This document shows, in pieces, positions 36,721 to 49,052 of a stretch of 64,000 bases of DNA; position 1 is the first letter of the stretch; each line of letters opens with the position of its first letter. A model generated the notes under the pieces. That model searched no databases. It was given only the letters and a program-made list of their open reading frames with translations, and was not told the origin of the DNA. Location of the stretch: positions 124,806,001 through 124,870,000 of the forward strand of contig OX597819.1 in the NCBI GenBank assembly GCA_951406725.2, in the 5' to 3' direction. The position numbers and the translations under genes were made by a program. The DNA is from Octopus vulgaris (lineage: Eukaryota).

Positions 36721-37468
36721 CCCTTTAGCATTCAGATTATTCTGTCAAATGTAATGATTATTTATTCACATTGGCTTGAATTAATCATGTATTATCTCAT
36801 AGCATTGAGATTTTGATGACGTTTAACGTCCGCTTTCCATGCTAGCATGGGTTGGACGGTTCAACTGGGGTCTGGGAAGCCCGAAGGCTGCACCAGGCCA
36901 GTCGGATCTGGCAGTGTTTCTACAGCTGGATGCCCTTCCTAACGCCAACCACTCCGAGAGTGTAGTGGGTGCTTTTTATGTGCCACCGACACAGGTGCCA
37001 GACGAGGCTGGCGAACGGCCACGCTTGGATGGTGTTTTTTTATGTGCCACCGACACAGGTGCCAGACGAGGCTGGTGAACGGCCACGCTTGGATGGTGTT
37101 TTTTTATGTGCCACCGACACAGGTGCCAGACGAGGCTGGCGAACGGCCACGCTTGGATGGTGTTTTTTTATGTGCCACCGACACAGGTGCCAGACGAGGC
37201 TGGCGAACGGCCACGCTTGGATGGTGTTTTTTTATGTGCCACCGACACAGGTGCCAGACGAGGCTGGCGAACGGCCACGCTTGGATGGTGTTTTTTATGT
37301 GCCACCAACACAGGTGCCACGCTTGGATGGTGTTTTTTATGTGCCACTGACACATGATGTAATTGCTTATTTTTAGAATGACATTGCAGCATAGGTATAA
37401 GAGGTCAGATCTGGCATGTTTGAACAATAAACAGATAGAATATTTGGGCCGGTTTAAATACTAAAGGG
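36721..37468. mobile_element. piggyBac-type MITE inserted in the RTE, itself interrupted by a family C tail (about 36820-37354)
   Basis: ttaa|ccctttagca...tactaaaggg|ttaa. Confidence 0.85.
36980..37350. repeat. Minisatellite, 5 x about 64 bp plus partial units, within a family C tail
   Basis: gtgccaccgacacaggtgccagacgaggctggcgaacggccacgcttggatggtgtttttttat at 36980, 37044, 37108, 37172, 37236. Confidence 0.93.
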
Positions 37469-39581
37469 TTAATGATTTTAGACTCGTGGCCAGAAGGATG
37501 CCAAGTAGCAGACTAATCTGGAAAAAAAGGATTTGAAAGCTTATGGACCCTTCATGTACTCAGAGGTTTAGGGACATCCTAACTGAGAAATTTGATGAGT
37601 GGGGAGAAACTACAGACCTATGACATAGAGAACAACTGGGAATTCTTGCAGGAGAGCTTACTGAGTGCCATGGACCAAATCTGTGGGTGATGCAAAGTCT
37701 CAACAAGACCTAGGGTAACGTGGTGGTGGAATGATGCAGTGCTAGAGCAAAGAAACAGGCCTGCCGTTAGAGCAAAGAAACAGGCTGGAAGAATGGGGAG
37801 TAGCAGGGAACTGTATCAGATAGCCAGAAGGGAAGCTAAGAGACAGGTATATCTAGCAAGGGGAGAAGCAGAAAAGGAGTTTGCCTATGCTCAGCGATGT
37901 GGGGACCAAAGACTTGAAGTGTTTTAGATTGCAAGACAGTGTGTGAGAGGAAGACATAGGAGAGAATTGTGTCTGAATGGATGATGGTACATGTGTAGGC
38001 TTCAAAACGCCATTATGAAAGACTGCTGAATGTGGAGAATGAATGGAAGGAGTTTGCCAAATATCAACCCAATTGAGGGGGTCAGCTACCCAGATCGACA
38101 GAACCTTGGTAGATGAAGCAATTAAGGATATGAAGACAGGAAAAACCCCTGGTCCACCAGGAATCACTGCTGAGATGCTTAAAATATCTGGCGGTGTGGG
38201 TTATAGTCTACTCACCCATGTTGTAAATCAGGTGGTTCACAAAGGAGTCATACCCAATGACTGGTGTAACAGCACCATAGACAACTGCTACAAAAGTAAA
38301 GGTGATGCCTTAGATAGAGATAATTCGAGAGGTATCAACTTGTTAGATCAGGTGATGAAAGTTACGGAGATAGTCATAGTCCAACTAATCAGGGAGAGAG
38401 TTAGCCTTGATGAGATGCAGTTTGGTATTGTGCCAGGGAGAAGCACCACTGATGCTATATTTCTGGTAAGACGGCTGCAGGAGAAATACATAACCGCAGA
38501 TAAACCTCTATACTCGACCTTTGATGACTTGGAGAAAGCCTTTGACAGGGTCCCCTGATCCCTTACCTAGTGGTCAATGTGAAAACTAGGGATAGACGAA
38601 TGGTTGGTGACGGCTGTACAAGCCATGTACAAGGATGCTACCAGTAAGTTGAGGGTTGGCAAGGAGTACAGCGAAGAATTCAGGGTACAAGTAGAGGTTC
38701 AACAAGGATCAGCACTCATCCCCCTCTTGTTCACCATAGTCCTCCAGGCAATAACTGAGGAATTCAAGACAGGCTGCCCATGGGGGCTCTGCTATGCTGA
38801 TGACCTTGCTCTTATAGCTGAATCACTACCTGAAGAAGAGAAGTTGCAGGTATGGAAGCAAGGTTTAGAATCAAAGAGCCTTAGAGTTAACATAGCAAAA
38901 TCCAAAGTCTTTGTAAGTAGGAAGGCAGACAAATTACAGATCCCTTCAGGTAGATAGCTCTGCTCAATCTGTGGAAAAGGTGAAGGTAGAAACACCTGGT
39001 GTAAGCTTTGGATACATAAAAGGTGCAGTAATATAATAGGAAGATGAACAGGGAAACTGGCTTTTGTATGTGGAAGATACACATGTACAATAAACGCTGA
39101 AAATGTACAGAAATAGACTCCATCAACTGCCAGGGGGACAAACTAGAGGTAGTAGATAGCTTCCGTTACCTAGGTGACCAAGTTAGTAGTGGAGAGGAAT
39201 GCTCTGAGAATGTAGCTGTGAGAATAAGATAAGGCTGGACAAAGTGAAACATGGGCTGTGACTGCTGAGGACATGGGAAGTACTTGAAAGAAACTGTGTT
39301 GGAATTTGGCAAAGTATCTTTTACCACAGGCTTGGGTCAGCCTATATCTTTTGAGTGAAATTTTGTAAACAGAAACTGGAAAATCACCATAGGGTCTCTT
39401 TCTCTTCTTGGCTGGTAACCTATCATCTGGTGGAAAACCACCACCGCCTGGTCTTCGAGTATCTTTAGCAGATTCCATTCTGTTGCAAGAATTCCAACCA
39501 GGTCTTAAGTTATTCTATAACTTATCCCCTTCTCCCTTCCAGTGTAAGGGACTCTAAAATAGGGTTACAAGTACTACTCTT

Positions 39582-40110
39582 CATCATCATCATCATTATC
39601 ATCATCATCGTTTAACGTCCGCTTTTCGTGCTAGCATGGGTTGGACGGTTCTGTCGGGGTCTGGGAAGCCGGGAGGCTGCACCAGGCTCCAGTCTGATCT
39701 GGCAGTGTTTCTACAGCTGGATGCTCTTCCTAACACCAACCACTCCATGAGTGTAGTGGGTGCTTTTTACATGCCACCGGCACAGGTGCCAGCGGCCACA
39801 ATCGGTTGGTGCTTTTTACGTGCCACCAGCACAGAAGCCAGTCAAGGCAGCACTGGCATCAGCCACGTTTGGATGATGCTTTTTATGTGCCACCGGCACA
39901 GGGATCACAACTACAATTTCCATTGATTTTTGATGTTGATGTACTTGACTCAATAGGTCTCCTCAAGCACAGGGTCGAAACGGTATTTATTTACTTGCCA
40001 CCTGCACCTGAGTCAGTCCAGCGGCACTGGCAACTGCCAGGTGCCAGTCATAGGATTGGTTCAGTTTTAATTCCGATTTTACTTGCCCCAACAGATCTTC
40101 GCAAGCAATA
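39582..40110 (-). mobile_element. RTE 3' tail (family C)
   Basis: Family C sequence. Confidence 0.85.
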
Positions 40111-40215
40111 AAAAAATGAAAATGAAAAATGTGAATAATGTTTCAATATCAACTCCATGAAATTTTTGCGAAAAGGCCTTGTTTAATTGAAATTTGTGTT
40201 ATTTGGTTTCTACAG

Positions 40216-40309
40216 AAAATCAGAGAAGCTGTGAATGACCTGGAAGACACAGCCAGAGAAGTGCTAACTCTACTACAGTCAATTCATCAGGTTGAGAACC
40301 ATCAAAGAG
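40216..40309 (+). CDS. TSN: Translin exon 2
   Basis: ctacag|AAA ATC...AGA G|gtatgt; KIREAVNDLEDTAREVLTLLQSIHQ. Confidence 0.95.
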
Positions 40310-40532
40310 GTATGTTGCCACGTTTTCCAAATTATATTTCCAAAAGACACCACAAATGTTTGTTATATATTTGGTACCAGTTTACATCTAGTTCTCCCAT
40401 ATTGTACCTATAGATTTCTATTTCACAAGGTAAACCTAGCAAAACATCAAAGCATTTACATATCAGTAAGGCCATAAACACAATAATTAGAAATAATGGA
40501 AGAACTAGTCAGCAGGAATATATATATATATA

Positions 40533-40890
40533 TTACTCTTTTACTTGTTTCAGTCATTTGACTGTGGCCATGCTGGAGCACCGCTTTTAGTCAAGCAAAT
40601 CGACCCTAGGACTTATTCTTTGTAAGCCTTGTACTTATTCTATCAGTCTCTTTTGCCGAACCGCTAAGTTACTGGGGACGTAAACACACCAGCATCGGTT
40701 GTCAAGTGACGTTGGGGGGACAAACACAGACACACACACACACACATACATATATATATATACATATATACGACAGGCTTCTTTTAGTTTCCGTCTACCA
40801 AATCCACTCACAAGGCTTCGGTTGGCCTGAGGCTATAGTAGAAGACACTTGCCCAAGGTGCCATGCAGTGGGACTGAACCCGGAACCAAG
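40533..40890 (-). mobile_element. SINE family B
   Basis: Matches other B copies. Confidence 0.85.
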
Positions 40891-41243
40891 AAGGTTCTTT
40901 GAATATGTACGATGTATTTTAAGTCTAAATAGTATTTCCGTTTACGTTTGTATAACCGAGATATTTTGGTTGGATTATATAGTCATTGGTGTTACATTAC
41001 TTTCTATATTCTGTAACTGTCACAATTTCTAGGCCTGAAATTTTTGTGGGAAAAGGGGACCAGTTGATTAAATTTACCCCAGTGCACAACTGGTACTTAA
41101 TTTATCGAACCCCAAAGGATGAAAGGCAAAGTTGACCTTGGCAGAATTTGAAATCAGAACGTAAAGACAGACGGTCATAATATACAAACATTTCTCATGG
41201 CACCAGTACACTGTTTACAAATGCTTACATTTTTTTATGTTTT

Positions 41244-41270
41244 CCGTGAATTTTTCACGGGTCCAGCTAG
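41244..41270 (+). mobile_element. Possible Helitron 3' end (hairpin + CTAG) upstream of TSN exon 3
   Basis: ccgtgaatttttcacgg hairpin, then gtccagCTAG|t. Confidence 0.45.
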
Positions 41271-41327
41271 TAAAGAATTAATGTTATAATTCAGTATTGC
41301 TTTACTATTTTATCGGTTCTATTTCAG

Positions 41328-41424
41328 TCCCAGAAATCTGTGAAAAAGCCAAAGGTTATTTTAGCAAAATTAAGGAACAATATGCAAACATTGCAAGCAA
41401 AGTGCCTGATAACCAATTCTACAG
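41328..41424 (+). CDS. TSN: Translin exon 3
   Basis: tttcag|TC CCA...TAC AG|gtaatc; PEICEKAKGYFSKIKEQYANIASKVPDNQFY. Confidence 0.93.
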
Positions 41425-42412
41425 GTAATCTCTGTCTTAAATTTTTTGTATGTGTTTCGACATTTTATTTGGAAGATTTTATTTTTCAATATTTTTCAAT
41501 ATTTTATTTTTCAATATTTTCAATATTTTTCAATATTTTAATTTAATATTTTTCAATACCTATTTCTTCACTACCCACAAGGGGCTAAACACAAAGAGAG
41601 GACAAACAAGGACAGACAAACGGATTAAGTCAATTATATCGACCCCTGTGCGATATGGGTAGGGGGAGGGGATACTAGATGGTCTGTTGTGAAGGAATCC
41701 ATATATGTATGTGGTTACAGATGTGAGGTATATGATAAAGAATACTTGCTATTTACAGCAGTTTGACATGTGTAGGATAGGAAGGGTAATTTTAAGTATA
41801 GGGAGTTGAGAAGTGCTTTTAATGTAAGGTTATAAATCATCTAACCTCAATTTGGTTCAGATGCTATTGGATACAACTGAGATGTCTATGTTTCTTGATA
41901 GTTACCAGAATATAAAGATTGTTTATTGTAACAATAGGAATATTTAATTATAAGTTTAATGAAGGGAATTCATATGTTTAGGCATGTGTGCAGATTTGTT
42001 TTCATCTTTGCTAGTTATACACCAGTGGAATCCATTTATATATCTCCATAGTAGTCTCTTAAGCATTTTACTCTTTGAAGACCTGTTACTATTAATTGTC
42101 TTGTGCTTCATAATCATAATTAATCCTTTAATTATCCATTAACAGGAAAAAAATTCAAGACTATAAAATCTGGTTTGCATAACCTCAGCTAATATTGTGT
42201 AAGTGTGTTAACTAAGAGATATTGGATTTACATCATAAGATAATTTAGATACCAGCTTGCCTAAAGCCAATCTCTAGTTCTATGGTACAAAATCTCCTGT
42301 TCATATTCAAATAGGCTTCAAGCATAATTTTATGCAGGAACCTTTTGCTAAGTTATATTTTAAGCATCAGTTTAATAACATGAAAAGGGCAGAATTTGCC
42401 TAAGGGGATTAA

Positions 42413-42808
42413 CCCTTTCGTTATTATGTTTCTGAACAAAATACACCCCTCATGAGTTTCAATTAAATTCTAAAATAATCATGAAGTTAGACTAGTTTCA
42501 TTAAATAACTCTAACTTTTTAACTTATCAACATATTAATGTGATATTTGGAACATAATTAAAGAAATGGTTCTTAATCAATTCTATTGCATAACTTTTGT
42601 CTCAAAGTGACTTTAATTACAGGTAAATCCAGGTAAACTGAACAAAAAGTGAAAATATTAAAATTTTGTTTAAACATCACCTTAGAAAATGAATCATCAG
42701 CTAATATTCAATTTGGTATGCAACAAAATTTTGATAAAGAAGAATTGTGCACATCACTAGTTCATCAGTTGAATTTAATGCACAACAGAACAGGTGTACC
42801 ATAAAGGT
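42413..42808. mobile_element. Degenerate piggyBac-type MITE
   Basis: ttaa|ccctttcgtta left end; right end decayed. Confidence 0.45.
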
Positions 42809-43454
42809 GAAATAAACTGAAATACTGGAATCCACCTAAATCCACCGCAAGTTCGACTGAACCAAAGAAATCGGTCCATAATATCTACCCAAGTAGCTTA
42901 ACTAATACTTCATTTTATAGATATCAGATAGATGAAAGGCAAAGTTGAGTTTGGCTAGTATACCCTTGTAATGATTCTTCTAATCCACTGGTCTGATAAT
43001 GGCAAAGTTAATTATTTTACTAAATCCCCAGGTGATTACTTTCAGAATCAATTGGAACATTTAAGTCAGTTTGTTTTGTTGGGGAAATGGTCATGAAAGA
43101 GCCGTGGGAACTGAAATTTGTGTAGCTTCATCTCAGTTTTGAGTGCATTACTTCTAGTTCTTCAAAAGTTGGATGTAATTATTGATTCATTGGCTAATTT
43201 CCTCACAAGCTGCAACTTGGTTTGCGTAATCTCTCTCTATATGATGTATGTGCATCCTGCAGACTTGTAAAGAATTACAAGAAGCAAAGTATACTGAGCC
43301 ACCAGAGACACACACATGTTTGTTTCAATGAAATTGTTTGATAAAATGTTCCAAAGTTATTTCACTCCTCTGTTATATTCTAACTGAATGAAGTTTGTCA
43401 TATATATATATATCATCATCATCATCGTTTAACGTCGATGATGATGATGATATA

Positions 43455-43910
43455 TATTGTATTGTATTGGCATCCTTTCTGTCTCGGGAGACAATGGAGT
43501 TGCGCATTTTTTTTTTTTTTTTTGTAGTCTAGTCCGGCTTTTATATTTCGTGTCCTGATACATTTCCTGCTGTGGCTGTGTAGTCCTATCCTGGACAAAC
43601 ACTCCCTCTGGTAGGTACCGCAAATGTAGCGAAGACTGTTCCTGGCTGGTTGCAGTGCCATAGTTTCTTGTTTACGTCTCTTCCTTTCTTTCCATTTCTC
43701 CTCTCTCTCTCTGTCACTCCTTTGTATTCCCTCTTTAAGGTACGTCGCCATTCTCCACGGTTGCCGGCAACTGCCTCCCAACCGCTAATATTGATGTTGC
43801 AGGCCTTCATATCCCTTTTGCAAACATCCCTGTAACGTAAGATCGGTCTACCCACAGACCTAGTACCCCTAGCAAACTCTCCGTAGAGTATGTCCTTGGG
43901 GATTCTGCCA
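43455..43910 (-). mobile_element. RTE/BovB-like LINE 3' end with C2H2 finger
   Basis: GRIPKDILYGE...GRPILRYRDVCKRDMK...W; ICGTYQRECLSRIGLHSHSRKC; terminal tgtctc-ccc-gagaca type hairpin. Confidence 0.85.
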
Positions 43911-44349
43911 TATATATATATATATATATATATACATACATCATGTGGGCTAGTCATGCACTTCAAATACCTTTCCATCTATTTTTCAATTATACATTGT
44001 TTAAGAGTTCTTACTTGCACTTGTGACGGCGTTCACCCAGGGTGGGTTGAGCCAGCTTCTTCTCTTACGGAAGAAGTTTCATGGGAATATTGAATTTACA
44101 AGCAGTCCCCGACATCTCGCATGCATATCCTCAAAGCGGTAGGGTGGTGTAAACGGGCAGTGTCAGAGCTGTGCCATCGGGAACTTTGGTTCATGGTAGG
44201 GCCACCCAAGGTGGAATGGTCTGGCACCAAGCAGTATTATGGCCGCAGCCTGGCCAACGGGGCTCTGGTGAAAATTCCAAGAGGCGTCTGATCAAAAACA
44301 TGTTATAAAAAAACATTTGATATATTAAAATGTTTCCTTTTTGTTTTAG

Positions 44350-44465
44350 ATTCCACGATCATTGGAGATTCGTCACACAAAGGCTTTCATTCCTGGCTGC
44401 ATTTTTATTCTACCTTCAACATCATGGTTTAATATGTTATGAAGACACTGCTGAGATGTTAGGCT
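44350..44465 (+). CDS. TSN: Translin exon 4
   Basis: ttttag|A TTC CAC...GGC T|gtaagt; RFHDHWRFVTQRLSFLAAF, the translin basic nucleic-acid-binding motif. Confidence 0.96.
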
Positions 44466-44689
44466 GTAAGTTGATTCTTCTGATTTCTCTTTTGACTTGC
44501 ATAAATTCTATATTTACTTCGTTAGTTGCTACGGTTCCTAAGCAGAACAATTTTTCCAAACTTCACAGGAATTTAATGTGGATAGGTAAGGGTGATGGTA
44601 AAGAAGTACCAGGAATTGTTAAAGATCTTGGCTAAAGTGAAGGCATCTTATTAAAAACACAAGGTGATCTGTGTGTGTGTGTATATTTT

Positions 44690-45050
44690 TTATTCTTTTA
44701 CTTGTTTCAGTCATTTGACTGTGGTCATGCTAGAGCACTGCCTTTAGTTGAGCAAATCGACCCCAAGACTTATTCTTTGTAAGCCTAGTACCTATTACCG
44801 TCAGTCTGTTTTGCTGAACTGCTAAGTTAAAGGGGATGTAAACACATCAGCATTGGTTGCCAAGCGATGTTGGTGGGGACAAACACAGACACACACACAC
44901 ACATATGACGGGCTTCTTTCAGTTTCCGTCTATCAAATCCACTCATAAGGCTTTGGTTGGCCTGTGGCTATAGTAGAAGACACTTACCCAAGGTGCCATG
45001 CAGTGGGACTGATCCCGGAACAATGTGGTTGGTATAGCCATTCTTGCGCC
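44690..45050 (-). mobile_element. SINE family B
   Basis: Matches other B copies. Confidence 0.8.
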
Positions 45051-45064
45051 TATATATATGTATA

Positions 45065-45580
45065 GGATCCCTGGTCTGGTGGTACGTAAAAAGCACTATC
45101 CGACTCGTGGCCGACGCCAGCGCCGCCTCCACTGGCTTCCGTGCCGGTGGCACGTAAAATACACCAATCCGACCGTACGACAGGCACCCATGCCAACCCC
45201 TTTGCTTGCGAAGACATGTTGGGGCAAGCGAAATCGAAATCAACCAGCCAGGATCCCTGGTCTGGTGGTACGTAAAAAGCACTATCCGACTCGTGGCTGA
45301 TGCCAGCGCCGCCTCGACTGGCTTCCGTGCCGGTGGCACATAAAATACACCAATCCGACCGTGGCCGTTGCCAGCCTCGCCTGGCACCTGTGCAGGTGGC
45401 ACGTAAAAAGCACCCACTACACTCACGGAGTGGTTGGCGTTAGGAAGGGCATCCAGCTGTAGAAACATTGCCAGATAAGACTGGAGCCTGGTGCAGCCTT
45501 CTGGCTTCCTAGATCCCCGGTCGAACCGTCCAACCCATGCTAGCATGGAGAACGGACGTTAAACGATGATGATGATGATG
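45065..45580 (+). mobile_element. RTE 3' tail (family C) with a duplicated about 110-bp segment
   Basis: aggatccctggtctggtggtacgtaaaaagc occurs at about 45064 and 45250. Confidence 0.8.
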
Positions 45581-45627
<47 letters not shown>

Positions 45628-45745
45628 GGAGTAGAGAGAGAGAGAGGAGAGCGAATTGATCCAGCACTAGACTCATTATTTATTGATGAAAGGCAAAGTT
45701 GACAGGCAAGGCATTCTATCCAATGCTCTAACGATTCTGCCAATT

Positions 45746-45784
<39 letters not shown>

Positions 45785-46287
45785 CGGAGGGAGGGTTGCA
45801 TTAAACAAAACTCCAACAAGTAAAAATATGTCTGGTGATGGTTACTGCTGCACGAGTTACCTCCCTTCACAATAACGATACGCTTGCCGTTTGTTTTTGA
45901 GGGAACAGATAAATGGAGAGTTTCAGGTGAAGTGTGTTGCATTCAGTATAATGGACAAAAAAAAAAAAAAAAAGACCATGTTGGTGGCAGTGTCACAGTC
46001 CAATGACCAAAGCCATTTAAAGAAGATACATCATTTCCTGAAACAAATAGTCTGCAGTTGCTTTGAAGTCATAACCAAGCAGTTGGTTGTGTTCAATGAC
46101 TTATTGACTTTGCCAGTCTGCTTCGACTTACTGTAAAATAGGTTGGTGTAATAATACAGGAGATCTAGAACGCATAAATTTGCATAGAAAATTAAAGAAA
46201 GCTGTTATCATAAGTGTATGTGTTGTAAGAAGGCCATTTTCACAGGAATATATGTTGTAAATAGGTACAAAATGTAAAAACATGAAA

Positions 46288-46670
46288 AGGAGTGGCTGTG
46301 TGGTAAGTAGCTTGCTAACCAACCACATGGTTCCGGGTTCAGTCCCACTGCGTGGCATCTTGGGCAAGTGTCTTCTGCTATAGCCCCGGGCCGACCAATG
46401 CCTTGTGAGTGGATTTGGTAGACGGAAACTGAAAGAAGCCTGTCGTATATATGTATATATATTTATGTGTGTGTCTGTGTTTGTCCCTCTAGCATTGCTT
46501 GACAACTGATGCTGGTGTGTTTACGTCCCCGTCACTTAGCGGTTCGGCAAAAAGATACCGATAGAATAAGTACTGGGCTTACAAGGAATAAGTCCCAGGG
46601 TCGATTTGCTCGACTAAAGGCGGTGCTCCAGCATGGCCGCAGTCAAATGACTAAAACAAGTAAAAGAGTA
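46288..46670 (+). mobile_element. SINE family B, near full length
   Basis: aggagtggctgtgtggtaag...ccgggttcagtccc...aaacaagtaaaagag. Confidence 0.88.
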
Positions 46671-46803
46671 TGTTGATGATTGAGTAGCAATGTGTTTTTT
46701 TACAAGGTTTATGTCATGTTTTGCTTTGAAATGGTTGTTAAAGAAAATATTATTTTGTCTATAGACTGTTAGTAATTTTTCCCTTTTTATTTTGTGTTTT
46801 TAG

Positions 46804-46883
46804 TAAAAGTGGATAGAAAATGTGGTTTTCACTTGGATCTTGAAGATTTCCTTATGGGCCTTTTACAAATGGCAACAGAACTT
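46804..46883 (+). CDS. TSN: Translin exon 5
   Basis: ttttag|TA AAA...GAA CTT|gtaagt; KVDRKCGFHLDLEDFLMGLLQMATEL. Confidence 0.95.
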
Positions 46884-47277
46884 GTAAGTGATAAATCCTG
46901 TTAGAATCATCATCATTGTCATCATCGTTATTTAATGTCTGTCTTCCATGCTAGCATAGGTTGGCTGGCTTGACCGGATCCAACAAACCGGAGGACTACG
47001 TTGAGCTCCAAGGTCTGTTTTGGGCATGGCTACTGTGGCTTGGTGGATGCCCTTCATAATGCCAACAACTTTACAGAGTGTACTGTGTGCTTTTTTTGAT
47101 ACCAGCACTAGTGAGGTCACCTTGTGACTTGTAAGACAAAGAAAAGACCTTGGGGTTATATTAGAGTTGGAGGTGGCATTATGCTAGGTATTGAGAAGTT
47201 AATACATGGCAGTAGAACAAACACAAGGTTCTTGCTATAGAGGGGATACGTGGCTACCCTGCATTATAATATAATGT

Positions 47278-47668
47278 AATGAAATTATTGTATACAGTGC
47301 TCAGGTGCACCACAACTTGTCAGAAAGTGCGTATAAAGCATATGCAGTAATGTACAAATGTCTGGAAAGCAAACAGTGTATGAGTCAGATACATGCTTGC
47401 GTGTGTATGGAGGGGAGAAAATCAGGTGTAGTGTTGGCGAATCTCAGGAAGCATGGAAGTTTTGAAGGATGCAGTGCTCCGACAACTAACAACTGATGCC
47501 GGCAGTTTGTGCCATGCTTCAGCAACTCTCAGCGTGAAAAAATGTTTCCTGAAGTCATGGGAGCTGTGCTGTTTTCTGACTTTGTAAACATGTCCACGGG
47601 TGTTAGACAGGTGGAGTTTAAAAAGGTGCTCAGAGTTATTGTTTGTAAGATGGTTAATAATTTTATAG
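47278..47668 (-). mobile_element. CR1/L2-type LINE 3' end
   Basis: RKHFFTLRVAEAWHKLPASVVSCRSTASFK on the minus strand. Confidence 0.78.
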
Positions 47669-47669
47669 G

Positions 47670-48335
47670 TGTAGGAGTGGCTGTGTGGTAAGTGGCTTGT
47701 TTACCAACCACATGGTTCCGGGTTCAGTCCCACTGCGTGGCACCTTGGGCAAGTGTCTTCTGCTATAGCCTCGGGCTGACCAAAGCCTTGTGATTGGATT
47801 TGGTAGACGGTAACTGAAGAAAGCCTGTCATATATATATGTGTGTGTGTATATATATATATATATGTATGTATATATACACATATGACACGTAAAAGCAC
47901 CATCCGTTCGTGGCCGTTTGCCAGCTCTGTCTGGCACCTGTGCAGGTGGCACGTAAAAAGCACCCACTACACTCACGGAGTGGTTGGCGTTAGGAAGGGC
48001 ATCCAGCCGTAGAAACACTGCCAGATCTGACTGGGCCTGATGAAGCCTTCCAGCTTCACGGACCCCAGTTGAACCGTCCAACCCATGCTAGCATGGAGAA
48101 CGGATGCTAAATGATGATGATGATGATGATGATGTGTGTGTGTATACGTTTGTGTCTGTGTTTGTCCCCCCAACATCGCTTGACAACCGATGTTGGTGTG
48201 TTTACGTCCCTGTAACTTAGCGGTTCGGCAAAAGAGACCGATAGAATATGTCCTGGGGTCGATTTGCTCAAATAAAGGCGGTGCTCCAGCACGGCCACAG
48301 TCAAATGACTGAAACAAGTAAAAGAGAGTAAAGAA
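47670..48335 (+). mobile_element. SINE B with a family C tail inserted in its central microsatellite (about 47888-48133)
   Basis: Both consensus sequences visible. Confidence 0.82.
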
Positions 48336-48605
48336 AAAGAGAGGTGTTTGCCAAGTCAGCTGCCAGACGTTGGAGTTTCAATGTGTCGATGCGCAAGGAT
48401 GCATAGCTTATATAAGAATGTATAGATGTAACTGGGAAGAAGACAATAATGGTGAAGATGAGATGTCAGTAGATTCTCTCAAGATACAAGAAGGTTGGTC
48501 TAAGGATTGGGAACAATGGATGGATGAGTTCATTGGAATGTGAGAGGTGAGAGACAGATGACTAGAGTCGGATGCTGAGGTGAATGAAAGTGTGATCGCT
48601 GATAA

Positions 48606-49052
48606 GGCAGCAAGCTGGCAGAAATGTTAGCGCGCCGGGCGAAATGCTTAGCAGTATTTCGTCTGTCATTACGTTCTGAGTTCAAATTTTGCCGAGGTCA
48701 ACTTTGCCTTTCATCCTTTCGGGGTCGATAAATAAAGTACCAGTTACGCACTGGGGTTGATGTAATCGACTTGTTCTCTTTGTCTGTCCTTGTTTGTCCC
48801 CTCTATGTTTAGCCCCTTCTGGGCAATAAAGAAATAAGAAACGTTAGCACACCGGGCAAAATGCTCAGCAGTATTTTGTCTGTCACTACATCTGAGTTCA
48901 AATTCCGCCGAGGTCGACTTTGCCTTTCATCCATTCAGGGTCGATTAAATAAGTACCAGTTATGTACTGGGGTCGATATAATCGACTTAATCTGTTTGTC
49001 TGTCCTTGTTTGTCCCTTCTGTGTTTAGCTCCTTGTGGGTAGTAAAGAAATA
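48606..49052 (+). mobile_element. SINE A tandem dimer, 20-bp TSD, inserted in a decayed PLE-like fragment
   Basis: TSD gaaagtgtgat(c/t)gctgataa at 48586-48605 and 49053-49072. Confidence 0.88.

Larger units (their letters stand above)
36370..39290 (+). mobile_element. Decayed RTE LINE (EN, RT, PHD) in TSN intron 1
   Basis: LEFCDANNLSICNTNFRK, MKTGKTPGPPGITAEMLK, DLEKAFDRVP, QGSALIPLLF, YADD; many stops. Confidence 0.93.
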
